64,000 nt of DNA from Balanoglossus misakiensis (lineage: Eukaryota > Animalia > Hemichordata), in contig CM082595.2 of NCBI GenBank assembly GCA_040954595.2, forward strand, positions 8,538,317-8,602,316, read 5' to 3'. The stretch's first letter is position 1. Every line of letters starts with the position of its first letter. The notes under the pieces are model-generated. The model saw nothing but the letters and a program-made list of their open reading frames with translations, did no database searches and had not been told where the DNA came from. The position numbers were made by a program, and so were the translations under genes. Positions 1-11,924 of the stretch are shown here, piece after piece.

Positions 1-92
1 TGTTTCATAAAATGTTTAATCAAATCTGTCTACAATCAGAGTAGACATTGTTTACATATACCTTTTGTTAAATGATTGTTGTTGTATTTCAG

Positions 93-191
93 ATTGTTGT
101 CAGGAGCAGGTGAGAAATATGGTATGATTTCTGAAGGTCTGAGTACTGCATTGCAGTTATTTGACGATATGAAGAGTTTACGATATTCAAG
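93..191 (+). pseudogene. MED25: MED25-like exon (VWA domain), copy A
   Basis: AG/GT-bounded exon reading LLSGAGEKYGMISEGLSTALQLFDDMKSLRYS; matches the recalled MED25 motif LIAEGLSTALQLFDD. Confidence 0.85.
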
Positions 192-338
192 GTAATTATG
201 GTAAAATTCTGAGTTTCAAGATCATTCTCTACATATGGCCCTGACTTTTTTTGGTGGTTTATCTGTTTTTGTAAAGTTCACCATGTCAACCAGGAAATGA
301 TTCCATACAGACAGTGGAGTACAACTGAGATGTGAAGT

Positions 339-1360
339 ACATTGAAACCTGCCTAGGAAGGACACCTCTGGGACCACAAAATGTGTCCTTAATAGAGAGG
401 TGTCCTTAAAGGGACAAATTCTCTCCCTCGCTGCCCCTTTTCCATGAATTAGGTTTGTTACAGGGCACCATTTCTGTTATTCTACATGTGGATATATAGT
501 GAATCAATGTTTCACCACACACAACTTCAACCCTGCTTGTAGCCACCAGAGTGATAAAAAACACACGCCAATAATCGGTCTCTATCATTTATTCATTTTA
601 TGCGAGTTTTTATGCTCATATCATTCAAGTGGTATGGAAATTGTGTATGGTTGAACGTTCATTAACTACATATACACATGTACATTAATATAAAATGTCT
701 CTTGTATCAAACATAATGGAAAAAATCGCGTCAAGGACACAGTGGTCCCATTGAGGGAATACTCAAGAAAAAGTCTACACCGGAGTAAATGGCGATATAC
801 TGACAGACACACACACTAAATAGAACAGCTGGCCTCTTTAAAACTTAGCCAGTTATGTAATCATTCAGGAATTTCCTGTGTATATAAACAACTCAATAAA
901 GTAAATACACACCACTTCGCAAAGCAATCTGACCAGTAGTTCTTGAGTTACTGAGTTTTGACTAAGTTCACATTTTTCCAGCTAATTTGCATATTTTTGG
1001 CAACGACAACTTCATTTGAACAAACTCCCATCTACAGCCCAGCCTGCATGTGCACACCAAATATCAAGGTGATACACACAGTGGTTTTCAAGTTTTTGAT
1101 GTGGACGGACATACATCCATACATCCATCCATACATACATACATACATACAGACGCAACCAATCCCATAAGGTCCCATGGTATATAGGCCTATACCAATG
1201 GGACCTAAAAAGGGCAGCGAGAGAGAGACTTTGTCCCTTTAACAGAAATGTGCATGTAATATTCTATTCAAACCATTACTCTTGTCTTGAACAATCTTTC
1301 CTTAATAGAGAGGTGTCCTGATTAGAGAGATGTCTGTATTAATTGACAGGTTTCACTGTA
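339..1360. mobile_element. pogo/Tigger-like MITE (TA-flanked, CAGTGAAACCTG-type TIRs) containing a nested insertion
   Basis: tacattgaaacctg ... caggtttcactgta; related ends at 5260-5905, 33709-33897 and 38456-38643. Confidence 0.55.
722..1211. mobile_element. Helentron-associated (HINE/DINE-like) non-autonomous element
   Basis: Absent in copy B (~5765); sits in an A-run without TSD; subterminal IR ggtcccattg/caatgggacc, 3' stem-loop, (CATA/CATC)n microsatellite. Confidence 0.6.
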
Positions 1361-1503
1361 TTATCAACATTTTCAGTTTCATAATCCTTCTGGATGTCTT
1401 TGTCAGAAAATTTTGACAGCAGCCAAAAACTTTCTCTGCCATACTCACAATAAGAGAAAGCTTGCACCTGTGTTTTACTGTTAAATTACCACACCACAAA
1501 ATA

Positions 1504-1708
1504 CTGTAAAACGGGTTATTTTCGCAAGCAACTAATTTTTGCGAAATACGCGAGAGCCAACAAAATGTGAAAATAAAAAGTTGCGTAAAATGTTTTTCGG
1601 AGATAAAGATGCAATGAAATACAAGAACATGAAAATTAATCCTCGCATAACAGTTGCCTCTTTTAATATCGCAAAAATTTCCTGTCACGAAAATAATCCG
1701 TTTTACAG
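1504..1708. mobile_element. Tc1/mariner-type MITE (CTGTAAAAC TIRs, TA TSD)
   Basis: ta|ctgtaaaacgg ... ccgttttacag|ta; relatives near 4196-4388, 6050-6247, 16208-16400 and 58098-58309. Confidence 0.7.
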
Positions 1709-2320
1709 TAATATTGAAGGTCAGAATGCTTTTGATGAGAGAACAATACACCAGTTGCAAAGTATCTTGACTAACATAAAAATGATTGAATTTTCTGAAG
1801 AAGATATAATCTCGCAGTTGGTGTGTTGTTTCCTCATCAAAAGCATTCTGACCTTCAATATTATTCTGTTGAGCTTTACATGCAATCTAGTCTATATATG
1901 TTCAGAGGCGATTTTATCATCGGTAACAGATCCTAAATACTAAAAGAGCATAAAATGACTGCGACAGATACTTTGTTAGTTGTAACAGGTGTGAAATAAG
2001 AATTTGGATAACATTGACAGTATTTTGGCTATTGTTGGGGGGGGGGGGGGTGGAGCAATAAGTGATTTTGAAACCCCATGTAACACCTGTCTTACCATTA
2101 ATATGACTGCATTTATGGTACCATAAGGAATGCTAACAAAATGACTGGGGAACCCTGGTTACATTACCCTGATCACCACAATGGTTCAGTCCAACAGCAT
2201 TGTTTTCTATGGTAAGGTTGGACCTCTGAAGAGGGAATTGGGGTGGAAGGGTTAAAAAAAAACACTGACTGACAATACTGCCAATAACAAAATATTGTTT
2301 TATCTTCTCTTTGTATACAG

Positions 2321-2441
2321 CACACCAATACAGAAACATTGTATATTGATCTGCAACTCTCCTCCATATCCTTTGCCAAGTCAAGATAGTATTAATTACA
2401 GTGGATTTACTGCAGAACAATTGGCTGCCATGTTGGGTGAG
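2321..2441 (+). pseudogene. MED25: MED25-like exon (VWA domain), copy A
   Basis: TPIQKHCILICNSPPYPLPSQDSINYSGFTAEQLAAMLGE with AG/GT; matches MED25 CLLICNSPPY...YSG; copy B at ~6443-6554 has lost its acceptor region. Confidence 0.85.
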
Positions 2442-2860
2442 GTAAGTAAGCGATGTAAAACATTTCATACAACACTGCATACTAACAATAGTCATATCAA
2501 CCTGACAAGGGAAGATGAAAAAAAACACTAAGCCCCATTGAACAGCTGTATTTTCTTGGAATCTGGTTTTATAATAAACTTTGATTGATTGAAATGTGTT
2601 TTACATCTAAATGCATCGTTTTGGGAACATTTTCTAGAATGTATGTGATTATTAAATTGAACTTGTATATTTGCTGGGGGCAACTATTTTTTCATTAAAG
2701 ATGAGGAATGCCCAATGTTCGGATTGTCTTCAAAAAGATGACAACAACTCAAGTCTCAAAAACTCTTTGTTTTGAATTTTGAATTGTTTTTGTTGCATCA
2801 GTAACGACTTCACATGTGGATGCCACATTTTGATTCTTAGCAAATGTTGTATTTTGACAC

Positions 2861-3009
2861 AGAGGAGTCCATTCCTCAATCATATCACCCCGCAAACTGC
2901 CTGAACTCCAAAAACTTAGCAACAAAGCGTGAAGTACAGATGGTACCTATGAAGGATTATGCGGCTGATCCACACCACATGATACTTCTCAAAGGTTATC
3001 AACTTGCTG
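2861..3009 (+). pseudogene. MED25: MED25-like exon (VWA C-terminal part), frameshifted, copy A
   Basis: RGVHSSIISPRKLPELQKL runs into a stop; KDYAADPHHMILLKGYQLA follows in another frame; acceptor altered (gacac vs gacag in copy B). Confidence 0.8.
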
Positions 3010-3546
3010 GTAGGTATCTGTTGCTATGCAAATATTTGCAATCATACCATCCTGATTCTAAAGTTCACAGGTCAAATATATAACTTGTTTATGTGGCCAT
3101 TTACAACCAATTCATCATTTTGTGGTTTGTTAAAATGTTACTCGAAATCGGTACTTCCATGAAATGGTTGTAATATATTTAATAATATTTATTACACATC
3201 ACAAATTATTATGCGCTCTTGGTTGGCTAATACTAAATATGATAGTACTTCATGACCTCTGCACACGAACTGTGCCTTACAGAAGTTATTTTCGCGAGTG
3301 ATGCAGTGTATTCTGTTGCAGTACTTTCACAAGCCAAGCATTTTATTCCCCATCATGTCAATGCCTGGCCAATGAATTACACATCCTCCTGAAAATTGCT
3401 GGTAGGTGAGAAATCAGTTTCCATGGTTGCATCCTGGATGAAACACTGGTACAGGTTCAAGACAAGTTTAGTGACATTGTGTAAATCCACAGAAGAATTT
3501 CACATCAACTCTATAATCTTCAATTTTTCTCATGATTGTGTTTCAG

Positions 3547-3741
3547 AAAAATCTGTGTCAAGTGGTGATACATAAGAGGTTGCCATCGTGAAACCTAAAA
3601 CCATAGCAACCACTTCAGTGTCTACAACCACTACCACAACACAGCCATTGAAACCCGCATCAACAGTTACCATGTTTACAGCATCTACCTCCAGTATGAC
3701 CTCAAATCCTCTCAAATCAACTGTTGGGAGTTCAACTCCAG
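3547..3741 (+). pseudogene. MED25: MED25-like S/T-rich exon with in-frame TAA, copy A
   Basis: AG/GT-bounded, phase-compatible with the preceding exon; KSVSSGDT*EVAIVKPKT...; copy B at 13665-13859 has the same stop. Confidence 0.65.
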
Positions 3742-4422
3742 GTAAAGTCTCCAGTGTTGCTTATGAGACATTTGTCAAATTAGGTCCGCACATAATTAGA
3801 CCACCAAGTGAAGTGTGAGATATAGTAGAATATTGCCATGTTGATCTTCACTACAATATTAGTTAAAGTTATATAGCACTCTGTGATCAACGAGTTGAAA
3901 ATACAGCATGAGCTGTAGTCCCCTTCATCAGCTGTACACGTAGAATGAACAGAGAAACAGAGAATCATGGGGTATTCAAAGTAGGAAATATGTGCAGGAC
4001 CAGGTGCATCGATCAGAAAAATTTCCTACAGTGGATTTTCTATCTGAGGATGGTGACTTCATGACCGCGATATTGTGCCCTTGAGCGAGGCACTTTACTT
4101 CTCATTGCTCTTGGGAGACTGGCTTTGTAGAGGTGATTTGCACCTGTTCTAGTCTTTCTACTAGACATATTTTCTGTGTTTGCGATTGATGAATTACTGT
4201 CTAATGGGAAATTTTTGTAAACTTCGCGAGAACCAACAAATGCGAATTAAAAAGTCATATAAAAATGTTTTTCGGGGATATTGGTGAAGTTAGTGAAATA
4301 TAAGAATGCGAAATTTAATTGTAGCATAACAGCTGTCTCTATTGATATTGCGAAAATTTCTTGTCACAGAAATTTCCCGTTTTACAGTTCATAAATAAAT
4401 CAACTAGATCTTTTTACTGCAG

Positions 4423-4685
4423 ATGCCACACCAACTAATCATCTGTTACCTGGACGACCAAGTCAAATTGGAAGTCAGTCTCCACAACAACTGTCATCCT
4501 CTCAACAGAAACTGACTCAACCGAGTCAGCCCCAGATGCAGGGCCAAGGTAAAAGGTCATCAATGCCTGTTGCCCAGCCTACCAGTTTACCAAACCAACC
4601 AGTATCCACTGTCACAGCAAACAGGACACAACAACCCAATGTGACTGCCTCAAGTATCCCCATGAGACAATTTTTGTCCACTCAG
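4423..4685 (+). pseudogene. MED25: MED25-like Q/P/S-rich exon, copy A
   Basis: AG/GT-bounded low-complexity coding segment; copy B at 16435-16702. Confidence 0.6.
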
Positions 4686-5088
4686 GTACAGTTGTTGTCT
4701 ATGTGATTTAAATTAGCTGTTTCTAGTTACCCATCTTGTGAATTGAAAGCTTTTTATGACTGTTTCACATAGCCTTGTGTTACCATTTTCTATACAGTAA
4801 ACTATTGTTTCAAAACACATTCAAAACTTCTGTTTTGGTTGCTAGAAACCCACTCTGTGAATGCAAAGACTCTTTTGGATAATGCCTGAGACTCAGTGAT
4901 CAATTTCAATTTTTAATGAGATTAATGTTGATAAGCCCTAATGTGGGTATGTGTGTTGAAAATAGGACTTAGAGAGTTGCAAGCTCAACATCGAATCAAA
5001 AATTGAAGTCATGAATTTAAAATGGGGTTTTGAATACTGGCCTTGATAATGCTTCATATTAACTAGGTTTGTTACTCTTTTTGGACAG

Positions 5089-5254
5089 GCAACTTCACCA
5101 CCAAAGATGACTTCCCAGCATGCACCAGCTGCTGCACTGAAAGCCGCAGAGGGTGTCATGCAAATGGCAAATGCTAGTCAGTTCAGTAAGATGCCACCAA
5201 TTGCTGCTGTGAATCCTATCAACTCACAGTCACGACAGAAATGGCCACAAAGAG
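5089..5254 (+). pseudogene. MED25: MED25-like exon, copy A
   Basis: ATSPPKMTSQHAPAAALKAAEGVMQMANASQF; AG/GT-bounded; copy B at 17187-17370 contains TAA. Confidence 0.55.
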
Positions 5255-6559
5255 GTAGGTACAGTCAAACCTGTCTATACTGGCCAGTCAAGGGACTTCC
5301 AAAACTGACATTTATAGACAGGTGGCTTCTATAGACTGGTCAATAAATGTGCAATGTACATGTACATGAAATGAAACAAAGTTGCCACTACATAGAGGTG
5401 GCCACAAACACATAGTTGACTGTCATATATGTTATGTTGCCATGGCAGTCATTTACCATGAGTTCGATTATACATTGCCAAAACCGGAGGAAAAAAATTT
5501 TCAAGTTCCCCTTTTCATATTCTCCATCAATGGTATAATACGCCAGTGTCATGACCACACACAACTTCCACCCTGCTTGTAGCCACGAGAGTGAAAAAAA
5601 CCTCACCAATATGAACAATCGGTCTCTATCATTTATTCATTTTGGGCGAGTTTTTATGCTCATATCATTCAAGCGGGATGGAAATTGTGTATGTTTGAAC
5701 ATTCATTCACTACATATACATATGTACATTAACATAAAATGTCTCTTGTATCAAACATAATGGAAAAAAAGGGCAGCGAGAGAGAGACTTTGTCCCTTTA
5801 ATAGAAATGTGCATCTATTTCAACTATTACTTCTGTCTTGAACAATCTTTCCTTAATAGAGTGGTGTACTGATTAGAGAGATGTCTTATTGACAGGTTTC
5901 ACTGTATAATATCAACATTTTCAGTTCCATAATCCTTCAGTGTTTGCCAGAGAATTTCGACAGCACTCAAAAACTTTCTCTGCCATACTCACAATAAGAG
6001 AAAGCTTGCACCTGTGTTTTACTGTTAAATTACCATACCACAAAAAACAGTTTGTTTTTGCGAGCAATAAAGTTTTCGCGAAATATGCGAGAACCAACAA
6101 ACGTGAAAATAAAAAGTCGCGTGAAATGTTTTTCGTAGATAAAGATGCAATGAAATACGAGAATGTGAAAATTAATCCTCGCGTAACAGTTTGGTCTTTT
6201 AATGTCGCGAAAAATTTCCTTTCATGAAAATAATCCGTTTTACAGTCTGGTCATATTGAAGGTCAGAATGCTTTTGATGAGAGAACAATACACCAGTTGC
6301 AAAGTATCTTGACAAACATGAAATGATTGAATTCTCCAAAGAAGATATAATCTCGCAGTTGGTGTGTTGTTTCCTCATCAAAAGCATTCTGACCTTCAAT
6401 ATTATTCTGTTGAGCTATACATGCAATCTAGTCTATATATGAACAGAAACATTGTATATTGATCTGCAACTCTCCTCCACATCCCTTGCCAAGTCAAGAT
6501 AGTATTAATTACAGTGGATTTACTGCAAAACAATTGGCTGCCATGTTGGGTGAGGTAAG

Positions 6560-7619
6560 CAGTGTTTTCTCCAGGACGTGCGATTGCGTGATTCCCCCTC
6601 GATTCCCCCTCTTTTACACTTGAATCGCCCCTTGAACTTGTTACAAGGGGCGATTCAATCGCCCCTTTCTAGAGCAGCCCACCTAGCCAGTACTTGTGCG
6701 TCCATGCCTCCATAGCATGCACTGTCAGTCAAAACACTGGGAAAATGGCCGATATTACTGCATGCTGGCCTATACATTTTAACTTCCCACCCCCAAAACT
6801 ATGTTGTAGATGTCTTTCACATTCAATTATGTGTACTTTAGCTCCAGGGCTATAGTGTGCAATTATTGGAACAGCCAAAGAGTTCTATCTGGACACCGTC
6901 TAAATTTAGAGCACACATTCAAGTGAACTTGTTGTTATGGTGACCTTTGAAATTGGGTTGGCAGAACGTAACAATTTTGTGCAAATTAAGAGAACTGCGT
7001 TCATGCCATGGCGATTATCAAGGATGTATAATTTTTCCGTGACCTCGTTTTCTTACTTAGGAAGGAAAGTCATTCAATATGTACAGAGACTGTTTACTTT
7101 GAGTAGTGTGCCTAGCCACATACAGATGGGGAAGTGTACTGCAGAAATCTGAAGGAAAATATACCACTTCAATTTATTCCACTATTAATGGTTTCACAAT
7201 CTAATATTTTGGCAGCTAAACTGAAACTTTTAAAAGCAAACAAGATAATTTTTTCCCAGGTATAGTATTAAAGAAAGACACTATTGTTTTTGCAGTTGCA
7301 TTCATTTTATTCATTTCACTCTCCTTGCCAGGGGAGCAGTTCTTAGTCACTCTCCTACCACTTGTGTAAAAAATTTCAGGAAAGTTATTTTCAGCTCTCC
7401 AGCATTTTTTAAATTACACGCCCTGAAAGTTATGCAAGCTGGATTGTTCCTCTGCAAAACCTACTAATTTATTATTCAAAATGGTCATTACTTGATATTT
7501 ACCTAAGTAACATAAATTATGCAAATCATGATTCCCCCCTATTTTGACCAAATCCCCCCTTAATTTTAGACTAAGGGGGAACATTCCCCCCTTCTCTCAA
7601 CATCCTGGAGAAAACACTG
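6560..7619. mobile_element. Non-autonomous TIR DNA transposon (hAT-like ends)
   Basis: 17-bp TIR cagtgttttctccagga / tcctggagaaaacactg; subterminal attccccc/atcgcccc repeats; absent in copy A (~2446). Confidence 0.8.
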
Positions 7620-7953
7620 GGTCAGCGATGTAAAGGAGTAGCTCTAAGTGAGCGCTGTTTAAGGCGCGGTGGGGACAGTAGGGGTCCATGTGCCCACCAA
7701 TCATATGCTGTCTGAAGCCCGCCGGAGGGAAAGTTTCCCGGGCTTGTCATTGCCACTTTTGCATTCGGCGGAGCAGCAGGCTGGACACGGGACGCTATTC
7801 CCTTCCGTAGTGTCAAGCGACACTGACAGCGGACTGTACGTTTATTCAAGTGGTACACTTTGACTTTCACGATCCTTGAGACAGCGGAACTGACCCATTC
7901 AGAGGTATTGTCACGATTTCTGAGATTATCGCTAACCTACCTTATCCACAGTT

Positions 7954-9300
7954 TTGAGACTTGGCTCGAACGCTCCCCCGATTGACACTGCTACTTTTGC
8001 CGCGTCGGACTGGCGAGAAAAAAGGGCAACGCTGAAGACACCTCAAACGCTACCTACGGGTAGGCCCGTGCCTGATCCTTCGCTCGTTATATCTGGGTCT
8101 GTACCTGAATCAGTGCCCGCGCCGGACTCTGAAGTACAAAACTGGGCCGATCAACATGGGATCTTACTGCCAACTCTGAATGTGTTAGCGGCCAACGGGT
8201 TTACTACGATGCAAGTGGTCAGATTAATTCAGCATGACGATTTATATTTCATGAAGATATCTCCTCTTGCCCAGTTTCGGCAATTGGACGCAGCGCTTAT
8301 CGAGCTTGCCTCACAGAAACGTACGACCGCTCGACGGGCAGATGTGGCGGGAGATCGAGATGCCACCCAAGTCGCTGACCGGAACCGTGCGCCCTCGCAT
8401 ACGACGGCCGGACAACAATACACAGACAACATGGTGGCCCCCAGTACATCAGACTCCCACGAAGCCAGTTCAGCGAGCGCGAAGACCGTCGACTCCGAAC
8501 AGGCACAACAGGCAAGTCGAGGAGAAGTTGGACTGGACTCGCTGCTTCAGGCGTTGAATATCAACGCGGGACCACTGAACAATGACCTGACCCCGCCCAG
8601 GAAGATACCTCAGCGCATGGACTTAGAACAAATGGTGTATTTAAAACCGGCGTCCATGGCAGGTTTGAAATTTTATGACATTGTTGACTATGTACCAAGC
8701 TCCCTACAGGCTAAGGTCGACCAAAAAGTGCTGGCCTTTGGAGTGGGGGAAAACAAACTGGTGTTTGAATCGGGTCCATCAAAACCAAAATTAGGGTCGG
8801 TGACCCCTCAGCAATGGTCTGCGGCCAACTCTCGCATTTTGTACGAACTCATTTCAAAGCACAATTACAACCTTACTCAAGTACAAGAGTATTCAGCATA
8901 CACCATTAAAGTGTGTCAACTGGCAGACCGATATGAATGGGTGTCTGTTTTGCATTATGATCGGGAGTTCCGTAAACTACAAGCAGCCTATAATTTACCA
9001 TGGGGAACTGACTCCCAACATTTGTCCACTGTGTATTTGAGGGAAAAAGGGGCAGTGCAAAACAAAGCACGGGGGTCATATCAGGTCAAAAATGGTAAGT
9101 CTACTTCTGCGGCGCCCGTTGATGTCAAGACAGGACAACCCATTTGTATCGGTTACAATAAAGGGGATTGCAAGTTCGGGGTGAAATGTAATTACAGTCA
9201 TATATGTTTGGATTGCAAAAAGGGCCATTCCAAAATCAACCACCCAAACTTGTCAGGGGGGAACCAAAGAGCGAGAACAAGCCACTTCAAGGGTAACTGA
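7954..9300 (+). CDS. Ngaro ORF1 (gag-like) with SAM-like domain and CCCH zinc finger
   Basis: 448-aa frame; C-terminal CIGYNKGDCKFGVKCNYSHIC; YDREFR motif; start codon uncertain. Confidence 0.8.
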   Translation: MRLGSNAPPIDTATFAASDWREKRATLKTPQTLPTGRPVPDPSLVISGSVPESVPAPDSEVQNWADQHGILLPTLNVLAANGFTTMQVVRLIQHDDLYFMKISPLAQFRQLDAALIELASQKRTTARRADVAGDRDATQVADRNRAPSHTTAGQQYTDNMVAPSTSDSHEASSASAKTVDSEQAQQASRGEVGLDSLLQALNINAGPLNNDLTPPRKIPQRMDLEQMVYLKPASMAGLKFYDIVDYVPSSLQAKVDQKVLAFGVGENKLVFESGPSKPKLGSVTPQQWSAANSRILYELISKHNYNLTQVQEYSAYTIKVCQLADRYEWVSVLHYDREFRKLQAAYNLPWGTDSQHLSTVYLREKGAVQNKARGSYQVKNGKSTSAAPVDVKTGQPICIGYNKGDCKFGVKCNYSHICLDCKKGHSKINHPNLSGGNQRARTSHFKGN

Positions 9301-9499
9301 CCTACCCACCCCTCCCCCCTTCCCTTCAGCCTTACGTTATGAAGCCTGGGTTACTGAAATTTTCCCCAATGACCCAGACAAAGATTTTATTCTTGACGGG
9401 ATTGAACAGGGTTTTTGCATTGTCGATCCTGGTTCTAATATCCGCCCTGCTGAGACAAATAATTACAAATCTGCAACGGACCCCTCATTTCGTGTTGCA

Positions 9500-11049
9500 G
9501 TGGAGGAACAAATTTTGGTTGAGTTGAGTGAAGGTCGTTATGAGGTCACATCTGACAAACCAACTATTGTAAGCGCACTGGGGGCCATTCCCAAACAAAA
9601 CTCACCAGATGTTAGACTGATTCATGATTGCAGTCAACCGCCCAATTTTGCAGTCAACGACTATGCAACTAATCCTTCGTTTTCCTTCCAAACCTTTGGG
9701 GAGGCCACCAAATTAATTAAGCCAGGGTCCTTTTTAGCTAAGGTGGATTTGAAGTCTGCATACAGGTCTGTCCGTATCCATCCATCTAATTATAGTGCTA
9801 CTGGGTTGAAATGGACCTTTTCTAACATGCAAGAGGCTACTTATATGTTCGACACAAGGCTCCCATTTGGAGCCAAAAAGGCCCCCATCATTTTTCACCG
9901 TCTCACCCAAGCTGTGCGTAGGATGATGCATCGCAAGGGTTATGTTTGTTTAGTGGTCTACCTTGATGATTTCCTCATTGTTGCAGATACTTACCAGGAG
10001 TGCCAAATTGCCCTGAACACCCTTATTTCATTGCTTCGTAAGTTAGGGTTTGCTATTGCTTGGGGTAAGGTTAAGAGACCCACTCAACGGTTAGTATTTT
10101 TAGGTATTGAAATTGATACCCGCGCTTTTACTGTTGCCTTGCTGCTGCCAAAGCTTCATGAGCTTTATTCATTGCTGCTTATTTTTCACACAAAAACACG
10201 TGCATCCCGCCGCCAGCTGCAATTCCTTGCTGGGAAATTAAACTGGGCTTGCCAGGTCATTGTCGGAGGTAGGACTTTCCTCCGTCGCATCCTGGATTGC
10301 ATTAATAATCTCCGCCAACCTTCTCATAAAGTTATCCTTGGTAGGGAATTTAAGGCCGATCTTGATTGGTGGATTCGCTTTTTACCACATTTTAATGGCA
10401 CTTGCAAGATTCTGAATACAGACCCTATAACTGATGTGCATACAGATGCTAGCAACACCGCTGCCGGTGCTTATTTTAGGGGGGATTGGGTGTACACCAG
10501 GTGGGCTGACTGGCCATCTACTTCACACTTCATATTAATTACAAAGAGGTGCTGGCTGTTGCAGTGGCAGCACAAAGATGGGCACCTGTGTGGGCAAATC
10601 ATAGAGTTGTAATTCACACGGACAGTATGTCTGCTATGGGTATGCTTAATAAGGGGACATGTCGCCATCCATTCATGATGTCTGTGCTTCGTTCTCTATT
10701 TTGGCTCTCAGCTTCTTACAACTTCAGCATTCAAGCAGTTTATGTTCCTGGTAAACTCAATCACATTCCTGATGCCATTTCCAGGTTGCATCAACCAGGT
10801 CAGTTCATGAGGTTGCATACACTGCTCCACCCTTATGGAGAGCTCCACCCCACCTTCACCTTAGCTAGCTTCCCACTTCACATGCCTTATACTGCTGCTA
10901 CCTTTCTTACTCGTCAGATCCAGAGATCAAACAGCTGGAGGAACATCTGGATAGGGAAGTGGCCACATATAGAGGAAGTGCCTTTGCAGAAAATACACAG
11001 CGCACATACTCTGTCCACTGGAAGTCATACATCTCCTTTTGTGTTATGA
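9500..11049 (+). CDS. Ngaro reverse transcriptase / RNase H (frameshift at ~10526)
   Basis: KVDLKSAY, LPFG, YLDDF and FLGI motifs; TDAS, then HINYKE and HTDS...DAISR in a shifted frame; reading frame is open upstream of 9500. Confidence 0.9.
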
Positions 11050-11924
11050 TGGGTTACCCCCCTTTGCCAGCCAGTAGTGACCTGGTTTGTCGTTACACAG
11101 CCTACTTAGCTCGCCGTCTAAAGTTCAACTCAGTGAAGCAGTATTTAAATATTATTCGTATTTTGCACTTAGAGCATGGCTTCGCCAATCCACTCCAAGA
11201 CAATTGGCTGCTGACTATGCTGTTAAAGGGCATAGCCAAAGTTAAGGGAACTACAGTTGCCAGGAAGCTGCCTCTCACCCCCACATTGTTATTGGGCATT
11301 CACAGTCAGTTATGTTTTTCATCAGCCTTTGATTCTGTCTTTTGGGCAGCCTGCCTTGTGGGTTTCTTTGGGTTGCTGCGCAAATCCAATTTCTTAGTTC
11401 CTTCAGGCTCTAAGTTTGACCCAGACAAACATCTAACTAGGGCTTCCTTCCAGGTGCATGCATGGGGTCTCACCATCATTATTCAATGGACCAAAACGCT
11501 ACAAACTCGGGATCGGGTTCTTCAAGTTCCTCTCCCATGGATTCGCAATCACCCATTATGCCCTGTTTCTGCAGTCCTTAGGGCATTTCAGCATTCTAAG
11601 GGGGCACCCCCTACAGGCCCAGCCTTTGTCATCCCTGCAGGTAATGGTAGCTTCCGCCCGCTCACTGTCCCACAGTTCACCTCAAAGCTCCGCACCCATC
11701 TTAGTCGCCTAGGGGTGCAGGTCAGTGAATATTCTTCACACAGTCTCCGTCGGGGAGGGGCATCCTGGGCAATACAGTGTGGGGTTCCCAGTGATATAAT
11801 TAAGCTGATGGGGGATTGGAGGAGTGACGCATACCTTCGTTACTTGGTCCTCCCCCTCCCTTTCAAAGTTAACTCTGTTAAGCTTTGTGCCAAACAGCTT
11901 CCTTTTTCTACTTCTACATTGTAA
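10959..11924 (+). CDS. Ngaro tyrosine recombinase
   Basis: LLRKSN, CPV, HSLRRGGA and GDWRSDAYLRY catalytic motifs. Confidence 0.93.
   Translation: MATYRGSAFAENTQRTYSVHWKSYISFCVMMGYPPLPASSDLVCRYTAYLARRLKFNSVKQYLNIIRILHLEHGFANPLQDNWLLTMLLKGIAKVKGTTVARKLPLTPTLLLGIHSQLCFSSAFDSVFWAACLVGFFGLLRKSNFLVPSGSKFDPDKHLTRASFQVHAWGLTIIIQWTKTLQTRDRVLQVPLPWIRNHPLCPVSAVLRAFQHSKGAPPTGPAFVIPAGNGSFRPLTVPQFTSKLRTHLSRLGVQVSEYSSHSLRRGGASWAIQCGVPSDIIKLMGDWRSDAYLRYLVLPLPFKVNSVKLCAKQLPFSTSTL

Noticed and set aside
4074-4110. SINE-like motif gtgcccttgagcgaggcacttta (also ~16086)
   Set aside because: Too short and degraded; no clear A/B boxes to delimit an element
93-5254. Functional MED25 gene
   Set aside because: Frameshift in the third VWA exon, in-frame TAA in the next exon, altered acceptor; the frameshift and stop occur in both copies, so sequencing error is unlikely
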